DNA from: Tagaea sp.
Lineage (GTDB): Bacteria; Pseudomonadota; Alphaproteobacteria; CACIAM-22H2
Length of the DNA: 64,000 nt
Assembly (NCBI GenBank): GCA_965279525.1
Contig: CBDIIB010000005.1
Span: 128,001 to 192,000, forward strand
Direction of reading: 5' to 3'
In this document: positions 8,717 to 18,147 of the stretch, in pieces
Layout: each line of letters begins with the position of its first letter
Numbering within the stretch: the stretch's first letter is position 1
Position numbers and translations under genes: made by a program
The notes under the pieces: generated by a model
What the model saw: the letters and a program-made list of their open reading frames with translations, nothing else
Told to the model about the DNA's origin: nothing
Database searches by the model: none

Positions 8717-9589
8717 TTAGTTCTCGACTTCTCGTCGTAGCTGCCCCTTCACTCGATCACACACCATCAACAATTCATCTCTGTGATCGGGATAAAGCGC
8801 TTCGCGATCAACCATTGGGAAGTTGACACTGTTTTCCCAAAACTCACTTTTCCTAAATTTAAACTTCGCCACTAGCCGGCGACCGAAATCTACTTCGTAG
8901 TGGGAATACAGCTGCTTTTGGAGGAACTCTCCGAGCTCGGGATATTCCCCCAGTAGATATCCTTCCTGAAAGTGAGGGCGCAGTGCTTGGGGTGGACATA
9001 CGCCGGCAAGCCTAACAATTTGCAAACCGGCCTCGGCACTAGCTGTAACCACCCCACTCAAATTTGGGACACCTACAACAAAGATATAGCCATTTTTGTT
9101 GTCGCTATCGGAAGCAAACGACGCAGCGATCCGCAGTGAATGGGTCACATCCAGCAAGGGCGTTCTGCAAACTTCATAGTGCTGCAGGATTGACCATCTA
9201 AGAATTCGTTGTCTCTGCAAAAGTTTGAGGCCCGGAAAGCCATGAGTCTCGTACTTCGAAACAAGTTCAACCTCCGCTTCTGCCAAAATTGAAAAGCGGT
9301 CTTGCAATCGTGTTCCGCTCGGATTCAGGCCAATCCCCTTTCGTGGCCGAAATATCGTGGGCTTTAAAGTGGTACGGCCGCGTTGGTTGCGGAAATCATG
9401 ATTTTGGCCCCGATAAAGAAGCAGATAATCTCGATTTCTGAATTGTAATTCCGCAACCTTCTCTACCAACTCAGCGAACGAGCTAACAAACGCCGCTTTA
9501 CTTTCCCGTATTTCCAAACATTGCGCCTTGGCGATTTTGTCTTTGCGCCCGATAAACGTCCAAAGACTTTGATTACCAATTGTTTCCAT
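8717..9589 (-). CDS. FRG domain-containing protein
   Basis: 'LLYRGQ', 'LKPTIFR', 'LQHYEVCRTPLLDVT.S..IA..FA' FRG signature; AT-rich codons. Confidence 0.88.
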   Translation of the reverse strand: METIGNQSLWTFIGRKDKIAKAQCLEIRESKAAFVSSFAELVEKVAELQFRNRDYLLLYRGQNHDFRNQRGRTTLKPTIFRPRKGIGLNPSGTRLQDRFSILAEAEVELVSKYETHGFPGLKLLQRQRILRWSILQHYEVCRTPLLDVTHSLRIAASFASDSDNKNGYIFVVGVPNLSGVVTASAEAGLQIVRLAGVCPPQALRPHFQEGYLLGEYPELGEFLQKQLYSHYEVDFGRRLVAKFKFRKSEFWENSVNFPMVDREALYPDHRDELLMVCDRVKGQLRREVEN

Positions 9590-9828
9590 TTTTCTTACTC
9601 AACTGGAGGCTTGTCGTCTCTAGACTACAATCGTGTTTATATCTTTAAATGTCCCGCGGTTCAGCACGAAGCAATGTCGGCATTGGGTCGTTCCATATCT
9701 CCAAGAAAATAGATTCTACAAACACTCTCTCGAAGGATCGAGCGTATCAGCGAACGCCGCACAAATAAGCCCGCATTCGCCCCTCCAAATTGGCCAGAAT
9801 TTCCATTGGTCATATTCAAAATTATCGA

Positions 9829-12156
9829 TCACTGCCTCTCCCGAAGAGCGGAGAACATGCCACGAATGTCGTCGTCACTCATTTCGACGTTGGTATCCAC
9901 ACCGCGACTCTCAATGCGCCCGTCATCATCGCCATAGTCGGGTATCTCGTTTTGCGCGATTTCTTCATCGAGGCGTTGCAACTCATAATCAAGGCTTAAA
10001 TCAAATTCATTTGCCAGATCTTCCAGTGTGCTTTTAAGGGCGTGCATTTCATCTAACCCAGAGACACTATCGATATCTGCGAGTGCCCCTTGTCGTTGAA
10101 ATTCTTCAACCTGTGACTCTAGTTCTTTTTTCACCTCGTCGTTGGTAACCCCGGAGTCTCTATAGAAGCGAAGAAAGTTCAGCACATAGTCTGAGCTTGC
10201 ACTTTCTATTTCCGAGACGGCCTTAAGCAAATATGCATTGAGCAATTCACTCTTGATTGGAGGATCCATTTTTGTTTCGCCGTGAATCGCCTCGAGCACA
10301 TCGAGCAATCCGCCCTGATCAACGGCATGCTTGTCCCACTTTTGGATAAGGTACCTAGCGCAATCTATGGCTATCTCAAGGTACTTCTGATCCTTGAGAT
10401 GGGCCGCTACCTCAAAAAGGAAATCGACTTTCTCTTCGTAAGTATTGTCGACATGAATGTGTACTGTTGCCCCGGTAGAGGTTGTGCTTTTTGCGAGATT
10501 CGTTTTTCTAAACAGCTTTTCGATTACCTCGACGAAGCTAGACGGGGCGGTTTCGACGGACCGACGCAAGTGGCTATCGCCGTGCTGCAAGGCCAATCGG
10601 TAGAGGTTGACAATTTGTTTAAATCGAACGGCTGTACAAACTAGATCTTCGAAAGACTCGTTACCCTGCAAAAACAATTTTGAGATGAATTCTCGGATTG
10701 ACGGGCTCAGAAATTCGACTTGGTAGCGGCCATAGCGAAAGAAACCTCCATCAAGTTCTTTCAAGGCGTCCTGAAAGTCGTTGGCGGCCGTCGGAAAATT
10801 ATGTTTCTTCGACAAATGGCGATAATACCCGTCAAACACCGAACGCAATTCGGCGGCGGTTGCGCTTCCGAGTGAGTAGTAAACGAGAAGAGCATAGCGA
10901 GATGCGGTTGATATCTGCCGCCTATATGCGTGGGTCCAAATCTCTTCCGGATTGTCTAATAGCTTCTCGATGTATGCAGGATACTCAGCGGGCGGAACGC
11001 TATGCACCCTGTGCAGAGAACTAAGCCACTCTATTTGCCGAGGACTAAAATGCTCATGCGCAATAATCTTCAAAAAGAAATCATTCTGTAGAACGGCATT
11101 TCTATACTCCGGCGGCAGATCGCTGAAAAAAAGGTGATTAAATAAAATCTTGGCCCGCTGACCACGGGTATAATCTTCTAAGTTCAACACACATCGAGCG
11201 TCGATTATCTGACTGTGCGCGAATCGCTCGGAAAACTGGCGGGCACCCTGTAAAATGTGTTCTCTCGTAGTCAGCAGAAATCGTGAATGCTTTGAAGTTT
11301 TCACCATTTCCATAAACGAGATAATTTCGGAATCTTGATTGCGGCCGAAATACTCTGGTCGGTCACCTAAAAAGGTATGCCCCAAAAAATCATCAAAATA
11401 GAATATGCGTTTTGCATCAGGTTGAAATAGTCGCTTTCCCTCCACAATTTCGCCGGTAATAGCTACCGGCTCGTATCCGTTTGCCAAGTACTCAAACATT
11501 AAAATTTCAGCCAAAGTTGTCTTTCCGATCCCAGGGGGGCCAGAAATTACGACAACCTTCTCGCGATCAAGAATGTCCAGCGCGCGGGGCAAGGCACGAT
11601 TTTCTACAAATAGCGGCAACTTCCGCTTGATCCGCTCCACTTCAAATCGTGTCTGACAGATTTCAGCATTGTGCAGAGCTCGCTCGAGTACAAGCGAGCT
11701 CGTCAGCCATAGCTTTAAATGTCGTCGTTCAACATTCTCGTGCCGCGCAAGCAAAGAACCGATATCGTCGGAGCCATAAATGTCTTGCTCCGATTGAATG
11801 AATGGCGAGAGCGCTTTCAGAATCTTCGATTTGTTTAGTGCTGACAGAGAGACCGATGTAAAGACGACGTACCTGGTTGGTGCCAACTTTTTTATCTTTG
11901 GTAGTTCTATCTTTGACAAGTCGCGAAGCAATTTGTCGAAGCCTGATCCTAAGTAGTGCTTACATTGGATTATCGTGACCGACGGACTTGCACCACGGCG
12001 CTCTGATTTTGAATGCTTGGCATATCTAAGATCGATTCCTTGATCTCGGCCGACACGGAATGCTTCGATTGTGACACCCCACTCAGACTGAAGGAGATCT
12101 CGCGCTAATTCCTCTAAGTCGATTGGTGACAATTGAGCTAGGTCATACTTTGGCAT
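9829..12156 (-). CDS. Mrr-like restriction endonuclease fused to nSTAND3-type P-loop NTPase and helical C-terminal region
   Basis: N-terminal 'LEELARDLL...DQGIDLR...IIQCKHY'; Walker A GPPGIGKTT; Walker B 'IFYFDDFLG'; 'FLLTTR' STAND sensor; start set at ATG 12156. Confidence 0.85.
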   Translation of the reverse strand: MPKYDLAQLSPIDLEELARDLLQSEWGVTIEAFRVGRDQGIDLRYAKHSKSERRGASPSVTIIQCKHYLGSGFDKLLRDLSKIELPKIKKLAPTRYVVFTSVSLSALNKSKILKALSPFIQSEQDIYGSDDIGSLLARHENVERRHLKLWLTSSLVLERALHNAEICQTRFEVERIKRKLPLFVENRALPRALDILDREKVVVISGPPGIGKTTLAEILMFEYLANGYEPVAITGEIVEGKRLFQPDAKRIFYFDDFLGHTFLGDRPEYFGRNQDSEIISFMEMVKTSKHSRFLLTTREHILQGARQFSERFAHSQIIDARCVLNLEDYTRGQRAKILFNHLFFSDLPPEYRNAVLQNDFFLKIIAHEHFSPRQIEWLSSLHRVHSVPPAEYPAYIEKLLDNPEEIWTHAYRRQISTASRYALLVYYSLGSATAAELRSVFDGYYRHLSKKHNFPTAANDFQDALKELDGGFFRYGRYQVEFLSPSIREFISKLFLQGNESFEDLVCTAVRFKQIVNLYRLALQHGDSHLRRSVETAPSSFVEVIEKLFRKTNLAKSTTSTGATVHIHVDNTYEEKVDFLFEVAAHLKDQKYLEIAIDCARYLIQKWDKHAVDQGGLLDVLEAIHGETKMDPPIKSELLNAYLLKAVSEIESASSDYVLNFLRFYRDSGVTNDEVKKELESQVEEFQRQGALADIDSVSGLDEMHALKSTLEDLANEFDLSLDYELQRLDEEIAQNEIPDYGDDDGRIESRGVDTNVEMSDDDIRGMFSALRERQ

Positions 12157-12502
12157 TTGCAGCCACTTTCGTCCCAACAGTGTTTAGGCTAGTGCCAATA
12201 GATCAATACCCTGCGAGAGCTTCCATTTTTGAGGAGGTGGAGCCTCTGCATTTCAAATAATGATTGTAAAATCCGCCTCAAGTCCAGACGCTACTGAAAA
12301 ACAACAGTATGTGTGACAGGCACCCTCAAATCAGACTCGCCTGAACCTGTAAGCGCTTAAAGTCTCGCGACTCGAGGCGCTCCAGCCAGCACCAGCGGAA
12401 TTTAAGTATGGAATTGATCAACAACCGCGGAAAAGCGTGGTTGCATCCTGGTTGCTCGCAAGCCGGCCACCAGTAGGAAGCTTGCTAAGCTACTGAGGAA
12501 AA

Positions 12503-12579
12503 TGGCGCGCCCGAAGAGATTCGAACTCCTAACCCTCAGATCCGTAGTCTGATGCTCTATCCAGTTGAGCTACGGGCGC
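12503..12579 (-). tRNA. tRNA-Arg (anticodon ACG), CCA encoded
   Basis: 77-nt cloverleaf: acceptor GCGCCCG/CGGGCGC, D arm GCTC/GAGC, anticodon arm TCAGA-CTACGGA-TCTGA, T loop TTCGAAT. Confidence 0.98.
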
Positions 12580-12624
12580 GCTTTTTCGTCGGACGGCAGG
12601 CAGACCTGCCGGCGACGGGCGCGG

Positions 12625-12653
12625 ACACTAGTTGATCGATCCCGGGGGTGCAA
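12625..12653 (-). promoter_or_regulatory. sigma70-like promoter of tRNA-Arg
   Basis: Minus-strand TTGCAC-17 nt-TAGTGT, about 45 nt upstream of the tRNA. Confidence 0.55.
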
Positions 12654-12908
12654 GCGTTAATGGGCGGCGGCACCGCAGGTGCGAATGGCGAGTCCAAACC
12701 TGTGGAAAACCGGGGCAATTTCCGCCTTGTGCCGGGGGGTGGGCTTGGTTACGATCCGCCCGTAATTCCACAACGGTCCCAATGCCATCGCGTCAAAAGA
12801 CGAGGGCGTGGGAGAGTTGCCTCACAACCGCGCGAGTCCGATCCGGCCATGACGCTCAAGCTCCAAGGCCTAACGATGCGACCGCCTAGCCGACGATACG
12901 ACAACGAC

Positions 12909-14153
12909 ATGATCGCAACGACCGCCTACCAGCACCCGATCTCCCCGCGCGCCGCCAGGCTGCGCATCGCCAGCGTGGCCACTTGCCTCGCATTGGCGCT
13001 GTCGGGCTGCAATTTCATGTCGGAGGCGCTGTGGCCGTCGATCGGCGGCTCGCCTTCTTCGTCGGCCGCGCCCACGGTGCGCCAGGAAATCCCGCCCGGT
13101 CCGTCCGAGCAGCAGGCGCAGGGTTCGTCGTCGGTCGTGGCACCGTCGCGTTCGGCCGGCGCCATCGGCGCCCCGGACACCGGCCGCCTGCCCGGCGGCC
13201 AGCAGACGGCCGTAGGCGTGCGCGCGCAGCAGATGCGCAGCGAGCTTGGCAATCTCCAGGGTGCGGTCCAGCAGCGCGCCGGCTCGATCCAGCAGATGCG
13301 CGGCGACACGGTCGCCACCGCCCAGCGCTATTTCAATCTCGTCGCCGGCATCAATGCCCGCCTCCAGGTCGGCACCACGCCGGGCAACCCGATCCTGCAG
13401 GCCCAGTGGACGCAGGCCGCCTCCGAGCTCGACCGCCTGTCGGCCGAGATCGGGCGCCTGTCGCAGCTTTCCAGCTCCGTCGCGTCGGACGCGGCGATGG
13501 CCGCCTTCCTGCTCGACTCGACCCGTGCGGCCTATTCGCTGTCGGGTGCCGTCGAGGACGACCACCGCGCGCTGGCCCAGGTCGAAGACGAAGTGAACCG
13601 CACGGTCGTGTCGATCGACCGGCTGCTCAACGAGCTCAACGAGGATATCGGCCGCCAGTCGACCTACGCGAGCCGCGAGCGCTCGAACCTCAACGCGCTG
13701 TCGCTGGCCATCCGCAACGGCGAGCTGTTCGGCTCGGGCCTCAACAACCGCGCCTTCACGAACGTGTCGCCGTCGGACGGCAGCCCCGCCATGCTCGGCG
13801 TCGCCCCCGGTGCCTCGCCGCAGGCGCAGAACCCGGCCGCCGCCGCCGCGGGCCGCCGCCCGCTCGTCGTCATCCGCTTCGACCGCGCCAACCCGGCGTA
13901 TGAGCAGGCGCTTTACACCGCCGTCAGCCGCGCCCTCGAGCGTTCGCCCACCGCCAGCTTCGACCTCGTCGCCGTGGCCCCCACGCGCGGCGGGCAGAGC
14001 CAGGCGGCCCTCGCCGCCACCTCGGCACGCCGCCAGGCCGAGACGGTGATGCGCTCTCTCGCCGACATGGGCCTTCCGGCCCAGCGCATGACGCTGTCGT
14101 CGACCACGTCGGGCCAGACCCAGGCCAACGAGGTCCACGTCTACGTGCGTTGA
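12909..14153 (+). CDS. Hypothetical lipoprotein with long helical/coiled-coil region and degenerate OmpA-like C-terminus
   Basis: Lipobox LSGC; C-terminal 'VVIRFD...FDLVAVAP...RQAETVMRSLADMGLPAQRM...NEVHVYVR'; start uncertain. Confidence 0.75.
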   Translation: MIATTAYQHPISPRAARLRIASVATCLALALSGCNFMSEALWPSIGGSPSSSAAPTVRQEIPPGPSEQQAQGSSSVVAPSRSAGAIGAPDTGRLPGGQQTAVGVRAQQMRSELGNLQGAVQQRAGSIQQMRGDTVATAQRYFNLVAGINARLQVGTTPGNPILQAQWTQAASELDRLSAEIGRLSQLSSSVASDAAMAAFLLDSTRAAYSLSGAVEDDHRALAQVEDEVNRTVVSIDRLLNELNEDIGRQSTYASRERSNLNALSLAIRNGELFGSGLNNRAFTNVSPSDGSPAMLGVAPGASPQAQNPAAAAAGRRPLVVIRFDRANPAYEQALYTAVSRALERSPTASFDLVAVAPTRGGQSQAALAATSARRQAETVMRSLADMGLPAQRMTLSSTTSGQTQANEVHVYVR

Positions 14154-14686
14154 CGCCCGCGTCGCCTCACTTGAAGTTACCGGAAGGCCGCACCGTCTAC
14201 GCGACGTGCGGCCTTTCCTTTTCCGGCAAGTCGACGGCGGCACGCACCCTCGCGCACAGGCTCGGCGCCGAACTGATCGCGCTCGACGCGATCAACCACG
14301 AACGCGGCCTGCGCGGCGGCGACGGCATCCCCGACAGCGAATGGGAGAAGACCAGCGCCATCGCGATGGCGCGTCTGGCCGACGCGCTGCGCGCCGGCCG
14401 CGACGCCGTCGTCGACGACACGTTCTCGCACCGTTTCCTGCGCGAGCGCTGCCGCAAGGTCGCGGCCGAAAGCGGGGCGCGCTTCGTGCTGCTGTTTCTC
14501 GACACGCCGGTCGAGACCATCGCCGAACGGCGTGCCGCCAACGCCGCAGCACCGACGCGCCACGCGGTGCGCGACGAGGTCTTCGAACACCACCGCGCCC
14601 GCTTCGAGTTTCCGGGGCCCGACGAAAATCCGGTGCGCCTGACCACACCGGCCGAGTTCGAGGCGTGGCTGGCGCAGGCGTGCTAG
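14150..14686 (+). CDS. AAA_33-family P-loop kinase-like protein
   Basis: 'CGLSFSGKST', 'DAVVDDTF...RER', 'FEFPGPDE'; TTG overlaps the upstream stop. Confidence 0.8.
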   Translation: MTPASPHLKLPEGRTVYATCGLSFSGKSTAARTLAHRLGAELIALDAINHERGLRGGDGIPDSEWEKTSAIAMARLADALRAGRDAVVDDTFSHRFLRERCRKVAAESGARFVLLFLDTPVETIAERRAANAAAPTRHAVRDEVFEHHRARFEFPGPDENPVRLTTPAEFEAWLAQAC

Positions 14687-14733
14687 ATTCCGGACAAGAG
14701 GGCGGACCAACCGCCCGTTTCCCGGAGGAAGCC

Positions 14734-15492
14734 ATGCCCGTCCTGCGACGCCTGATCCCGTCCGCCGTCCTGCTCTGCCTCGCCGCCCTGCCGGTTCAAG
14801 CCGAAACCGTCATCGTGTTCGCCGCCGGTGCCGTGAAGGCCGCCGTCGAGCGGCTGGTCCAGCCGTACGAGGCCGCCGGCGCCGACCGCATCGCCGCGAG
14901 CTACGACACCGTCGGCGCACTGCGCGACCGCGCCCTTGCCGGCGAAGCGGTGCATGTCGTGCTGCTCAGCACGGCCGGCCTTGCCCCGCTCGGCGAGAAG
15001 GGAAAGCTCGTCGCGGGCGCGCGCGCGCATGTCGGGCGCACGGGCATCGGGCTTGCGGGTGCGAAAGGCCGCGTGGCACCCATCGATACGCCCGAACGCT
15101 TCGCGACGTTGCTGCGCGACGCCAAATCGATCGGCTACGCCGATCCCGCACGCGGGGCGACCGCCGGAACGCACTTCGCCAAGCAGCTTGCCGATCTGGG
15201 GCTTGCCATCCCGCTCAAGGACCGCCTCAAGGTGTTCCCGTTCGGCGTGGAAGCGGTCGAGGCCGTGGGGCGCGGCGAAATCGAGATCGCCGTCAGCCAG
15301 GCGACCGAGATCGTGGCGCATCCCGAGAAGGTCGCCTTCCTCGGCCTGTTCCCGGATCCGCACCAGCTGTGGACGCCCTATGAAGCGGCGATCGCGACCG
15401 ACAGTCCGGCCGCGCGCCGCTTCCTTGCACTCGTCGCCAGCCCGCAAGGCAAAGAGGCGTTCGCGAAGATCGGCTTCGAGGCGGCGAAGTAG
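14734..15492 (+). CDS. ModA-like ABC substrate-binding protein (orphan, no permease nearby)
   Basis: GGAGG RBS, signal peptide, 'VFAAGAVK', 'SIGYADP.RGATAG.HF', 'VGRGEIEIA'. Confidence 0.8.
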   Translation: MPVLRRLIPSAVLLCLAALPVQAETVIVFAAGAVKAAVERLVQPYEAAGADRIAASYDTVGALRDRALAGEAVHVVLLSTAGLAPLGEKGKLVAGARAHVGRTGIGLAGAKGRVAPIDTPERFATLLRDAKSIGYADPARGATAGTHFAKQLADLGLAIPLKDRLKVFPFGVEAVEAVGRGEIEIAVSQATEIVAHPEKVAFLGLFPDPHQLWTPYEAAIATDSPAARRFLALVASPQGKEAFAKIGFEAAK

Positions 15493-15502
15493 CGGGCCGG
15501 CA

Positions 15503-17986
15503 CTAGACCGCCCGCGCGAGCGGCCCGCTGACCAGCGTCTCGAACGCGCGCGCCATCCGGCCGGCATCGATCCGCGACTTGGCGCGCAGGCGCGCAGGCT
15601 CGCCGGCGCGCAAAGCGGCCAGTTCGCCGGGCGACGCGGCCAGCCGAACCGCTTCGGCCACGAACGATCCGTCGCTTTCGTGCGCGAGGCCGGGCCGTCC
15701 CGTCGCCGCCGCGAGCCACCGTCCGATCCGGCCGAGGCTGGTCGGCCCGACCCGGCTCACGACCGGCATGCCCAGGTGCAGGGCTTCGAACAGCGTCGTG
15801 CCGCCTGCGACCGGAAAGGTGCCGAGCACGATGTCGATATTCGAATAGCCGGCGAGATAGCCCGGCCAGCCGAAATGGTAGCGGATGTCGACGCGCGCGG
15901 GATCGATTCCGCAACGCGCGAACTGCGCGCGCACGCGGGCCGTCGCCGTCGGCTCGTCGGCCAGGCCGTTGCCCAGATAGAGACGCGAACCGGGTACGGC
16001 ATGCAGCACCGTGGCCCACAGCGCCACGCAAGCGTCGCTGATCTTGTAGAGGTTCGACAGCGATCCGAAGGTCGGATAGCCGTTCGCCAGCATCGGCGGC
16101 GGGCCGACGGGCGGCAGGCGCATGCCCTGCCCTTCCCAGGTCTCGGGTGCGAACACGTAGAGATCGCCCGGCAACCGCGCCAGACGGCCCGGGAAAGCCG
16201 CGTCGAGTTCCGGCGGATAGAGCGTGTCGGGTCCGATCGCCGCGTCGAAACAGGGATCGAGACTGGGTCCCGACATGTTGAACCAAGTCGCCTGCACCGG
16301 TGCCGGCCGATGGGCCACGCATGCCGGCGAATAGGGGGCGAGCGAGTCGTCGAGATCGACGAGCACGTCGAGTTCGCGCGCGGCGAGCGCTTCGTGCGCC
16401 TTCGTCCACGCCGGCGGCCTGTCCGCCGTCTCCGGCGACAGGACGCCGAGCTCGCGCACCGCGATCCGCGCCGGCAGCGCCTGGCGGATGTTGTCGAGCC
16501 GGTCGCCGAACAGCGACAGCAGCTCGATCTCGAGCGGGCCGTCGGCAAGTGCATGCAGGAACGGGATCATCAGGGCGGTGTAGTTCCGCGAGCCGAAGCA
16601 GCCGCTGACGAAACCCACGCGCGGGCGGGTCCCGCGCGCGGACCGCACCAGCGCTTGTGCCGGCGGGGGCATCAGGGCGCGGATGGTGCGCAGGCCCGCT
16701 TCCTTGGCCAGCGCCACGCTGCGGTCGTCGGCCCCGGTCGCGTACATTTCGAGATTGAGGACCAGACTCGCCACGCGCGGCGGCGGCGGCCCGTCGAAGC
16801 GCACGGCGCGCAGCGTGGCAAGCGCGCCGTCGATGTCGCCCACGCTCGACTGCGCATTCGACACATGCAGGGCGGCCCAGAGCCGCGCGTTGGGATCGCT
16901 TGAGCGCGCCAGCACGTCGCACATCGCGCCCACGCCTTCGGCATCGGCAAGCGAATAGACGACGCGCAGGATCTCGTTGGACAGTTCCGCATCGTCCGGG
17001 CGCGCGGCGACGAGTGCCAGCAGCACGTCGCGGTACGACCGCCGGGAACTTCCCGGGCTGGCGCGCAGGACGCGCAGCAGCCGCGCGCGCACGACCGGGT
17101 CGTCCGGTGCCCGGGCAAGGGCGGCGGCGGCCGGCCCCAATGCCGGCAGGTCGGGCGCGCACCGTGCCAGACAGAAATCCCGCAAGGCCGCGAAGGCGGC
17201 GGCCGGCGCTTCCTGCAGGACGATGTGTCCGGCCTGCGACAGCCGCAGCACGGCGAGGTCGTCGGGCACGCACGCGGCCGCGCGCGTCTCGTCCTCGCGC
17301 GTGAACAGCGCCGTCTGTTCGGTGCCCGTGTCGCCGTCCAGCCGCCCGCCCGTGAGGACGAGCACCCCGCCCGTCGCCGCGACATCGCCAAGGCGCCGCC
17401 ACCAGGCGTCGGGGTCGGCCTCGCGGATGAACCCGTCCCCTTCCATGTACGCCTCGAGGAACGCGTTGGCCCGGTAGCCGGCGATGCCCTTGCGCAGATG
17501 CGCGCGCGCATGCAGCTGTGCGGCGAGGGAAAGCGGCGGATCGACCAGCGCGAATCCGCGCACGCCGGCGAAATCCGGCCGGGCGGCCGCCGCCAGCGCC
17601 ACGATCCCGCCGAACGACTCGCCCAGCAGCAGGACCTCGCGGCCGGCGAGTTCCGCCGCGACGAGATCGGCGACATGGGCCGCGAACACCTCGACGCGCG
17701 CCGACACGGCGGGGCCGCTGCCGTTGAAGCCGGGCATGTCGACGAGCAGCAGGTCGAACGAGTCGGCGAGAAAGCGCGCGACATCGAACAGCGCCGTCGA
17801 CGGACGGAACGTGCCGGCGATGCCGACGATCGCCGGGCGTCCGCGGCCGGCCTTGCCGGTCACGAGAAAGCCGCAGGTCGTCCGTCCGTCGGCCTCGGTG
17901 CGGACCGGACGGATCCATGCCCGGCCGAACGGGACAGGCTGTGCGCGGGCCCGCCGGTCCGGCCTTGGATTCGCGACCTGATGCAA
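15503..17986 (-). CDS. Alpha/beta-hydrolase fused to GT41 (OGT/SPINDLY-type) glycosyltransferase domain
   Basis: 'VDMPGF', GESFG nucleophile elbow, 'AGHIVLQEAP'; C-terminal 'RVGFVS', 'RPAPVQATW', 'FGSLSNLYKIS', 'TFPVAGGTTLFEALHLGMPVV'; start (TTG 17986 after GAAGGGG) uncertain. Confidence 0.8.
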   Translation of the reverse strand: MHQVANPRPDRRARAQPVPFGRAWIRPVRTEADGRTTCGFLVTGKAGRGRPAIVGIAGTFRPSTALFDVARFLADSFDLLLVDMPGFNGSGPAVSARVEVFAAHVADLVAAELAGREVLLLGESFGGIVALAAAARPDFAGVRGFALVDPPLSLAAQLHARAHLRKGIAGYRANAFLEAYMEGDGFIREADPDAWWRRLGDVAATGGVLVLTGGRLDGDTGTEQTALFTREDETRAAACVPDDLAVLRLSQAGHIVLQEAPAAAFAALRDFCLARCAPDLPALGPAAAALARAPDDPVVRARLLRVLRASPGSSRRSYRDVLLALVAARPDDAELSNEILRVVYSLADAEGVGAMCDVLARSSDPNARLWAALHVSNAQSSVGDIDGALATLRAVRFDGPPPPRVASLVLNLEMYATGADDRSVALAKEAGLRTIRALMPPPAQALVRSARGTRPRVGFVSGCFGSRNYTALMIPFLHALADGPLEIELLSLFGDRLDNIRQALPARIAVRELGVLSPETADRPPAWTKAHEALAARELDVLVDLDDSLAPYSPACVAHRPAPVQATWFNMSGPSLDPCFDAAIGPDTLYPPELDAAFPGRLARLPGDLYVFAPETWEGQGMRLPPVGPPPMLANGYPTFGSLSNLYKISDACVALWATVLHAVPGSRLYLGNGLADEPTATARVRAQFARCGIDPARVDIRYHFGWPGYLAGYSNIDIVLGTFPVAGGTTLFEALHLGMPVVSRVGPTSLGRIGRWLAAATGRPGLAHESDGSFVAEAVRLAASPGELAALRAGEPARLRAKSRIDAGRMARAFETLVSGPLARAV

Positions 17987-18111
17987 TCGAGCCCCTTCAT
18001 CCTGCAGCGCTTCCGAAACGGCAACGCCAGACGCGGATGCTAGGGTGGAAAGCAACCTACAATCAGTTCATAAAAATTCTTTACTTAAAAGTTGTATATG
18101 CATGATATTTC

Positions 18112-18145
18112 TTGAAGTTGTATTCACGGAGTTCTATGTTGGTTC
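18112..18145 (+). promoter_or_regulatory. sigma70-like promoter overlapped by alphaproteobacterial LexA box
   Basis: TTGAAG(18112-17)-17 nt-TATGTT(18135-40); GTTC-TATGTTG-GTTC at 18131-18145 equals GTTC-N7-GTTC. Confidence 0.6.
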
Positions 18146-18147
18146 CC

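Larger units (their letters stand above)
8254..12548. mobile_element. Integrase-less genomic islet inserted in tRNA-Arg(ACG)
   Basis: Flanking 54-bp direct repeats including the anticodon loop; abrupt drop in GC between them; cargo typical of defence islands. Confidence 0.88.

Noticed and set aside
9661-9813. 50-aa minus-strand ORF (MTNGNSGQFGG...) between the NTPase and FRG genes
   Set aside because: No RBS or recognisable motif; it cannot be supported.
12701-12772. DnaA-box-like TGTGGAAAA and AATTCCACA as an origin
   Set aside because: Only one consensus match and one weak match, with no AT-rich unwinding element.
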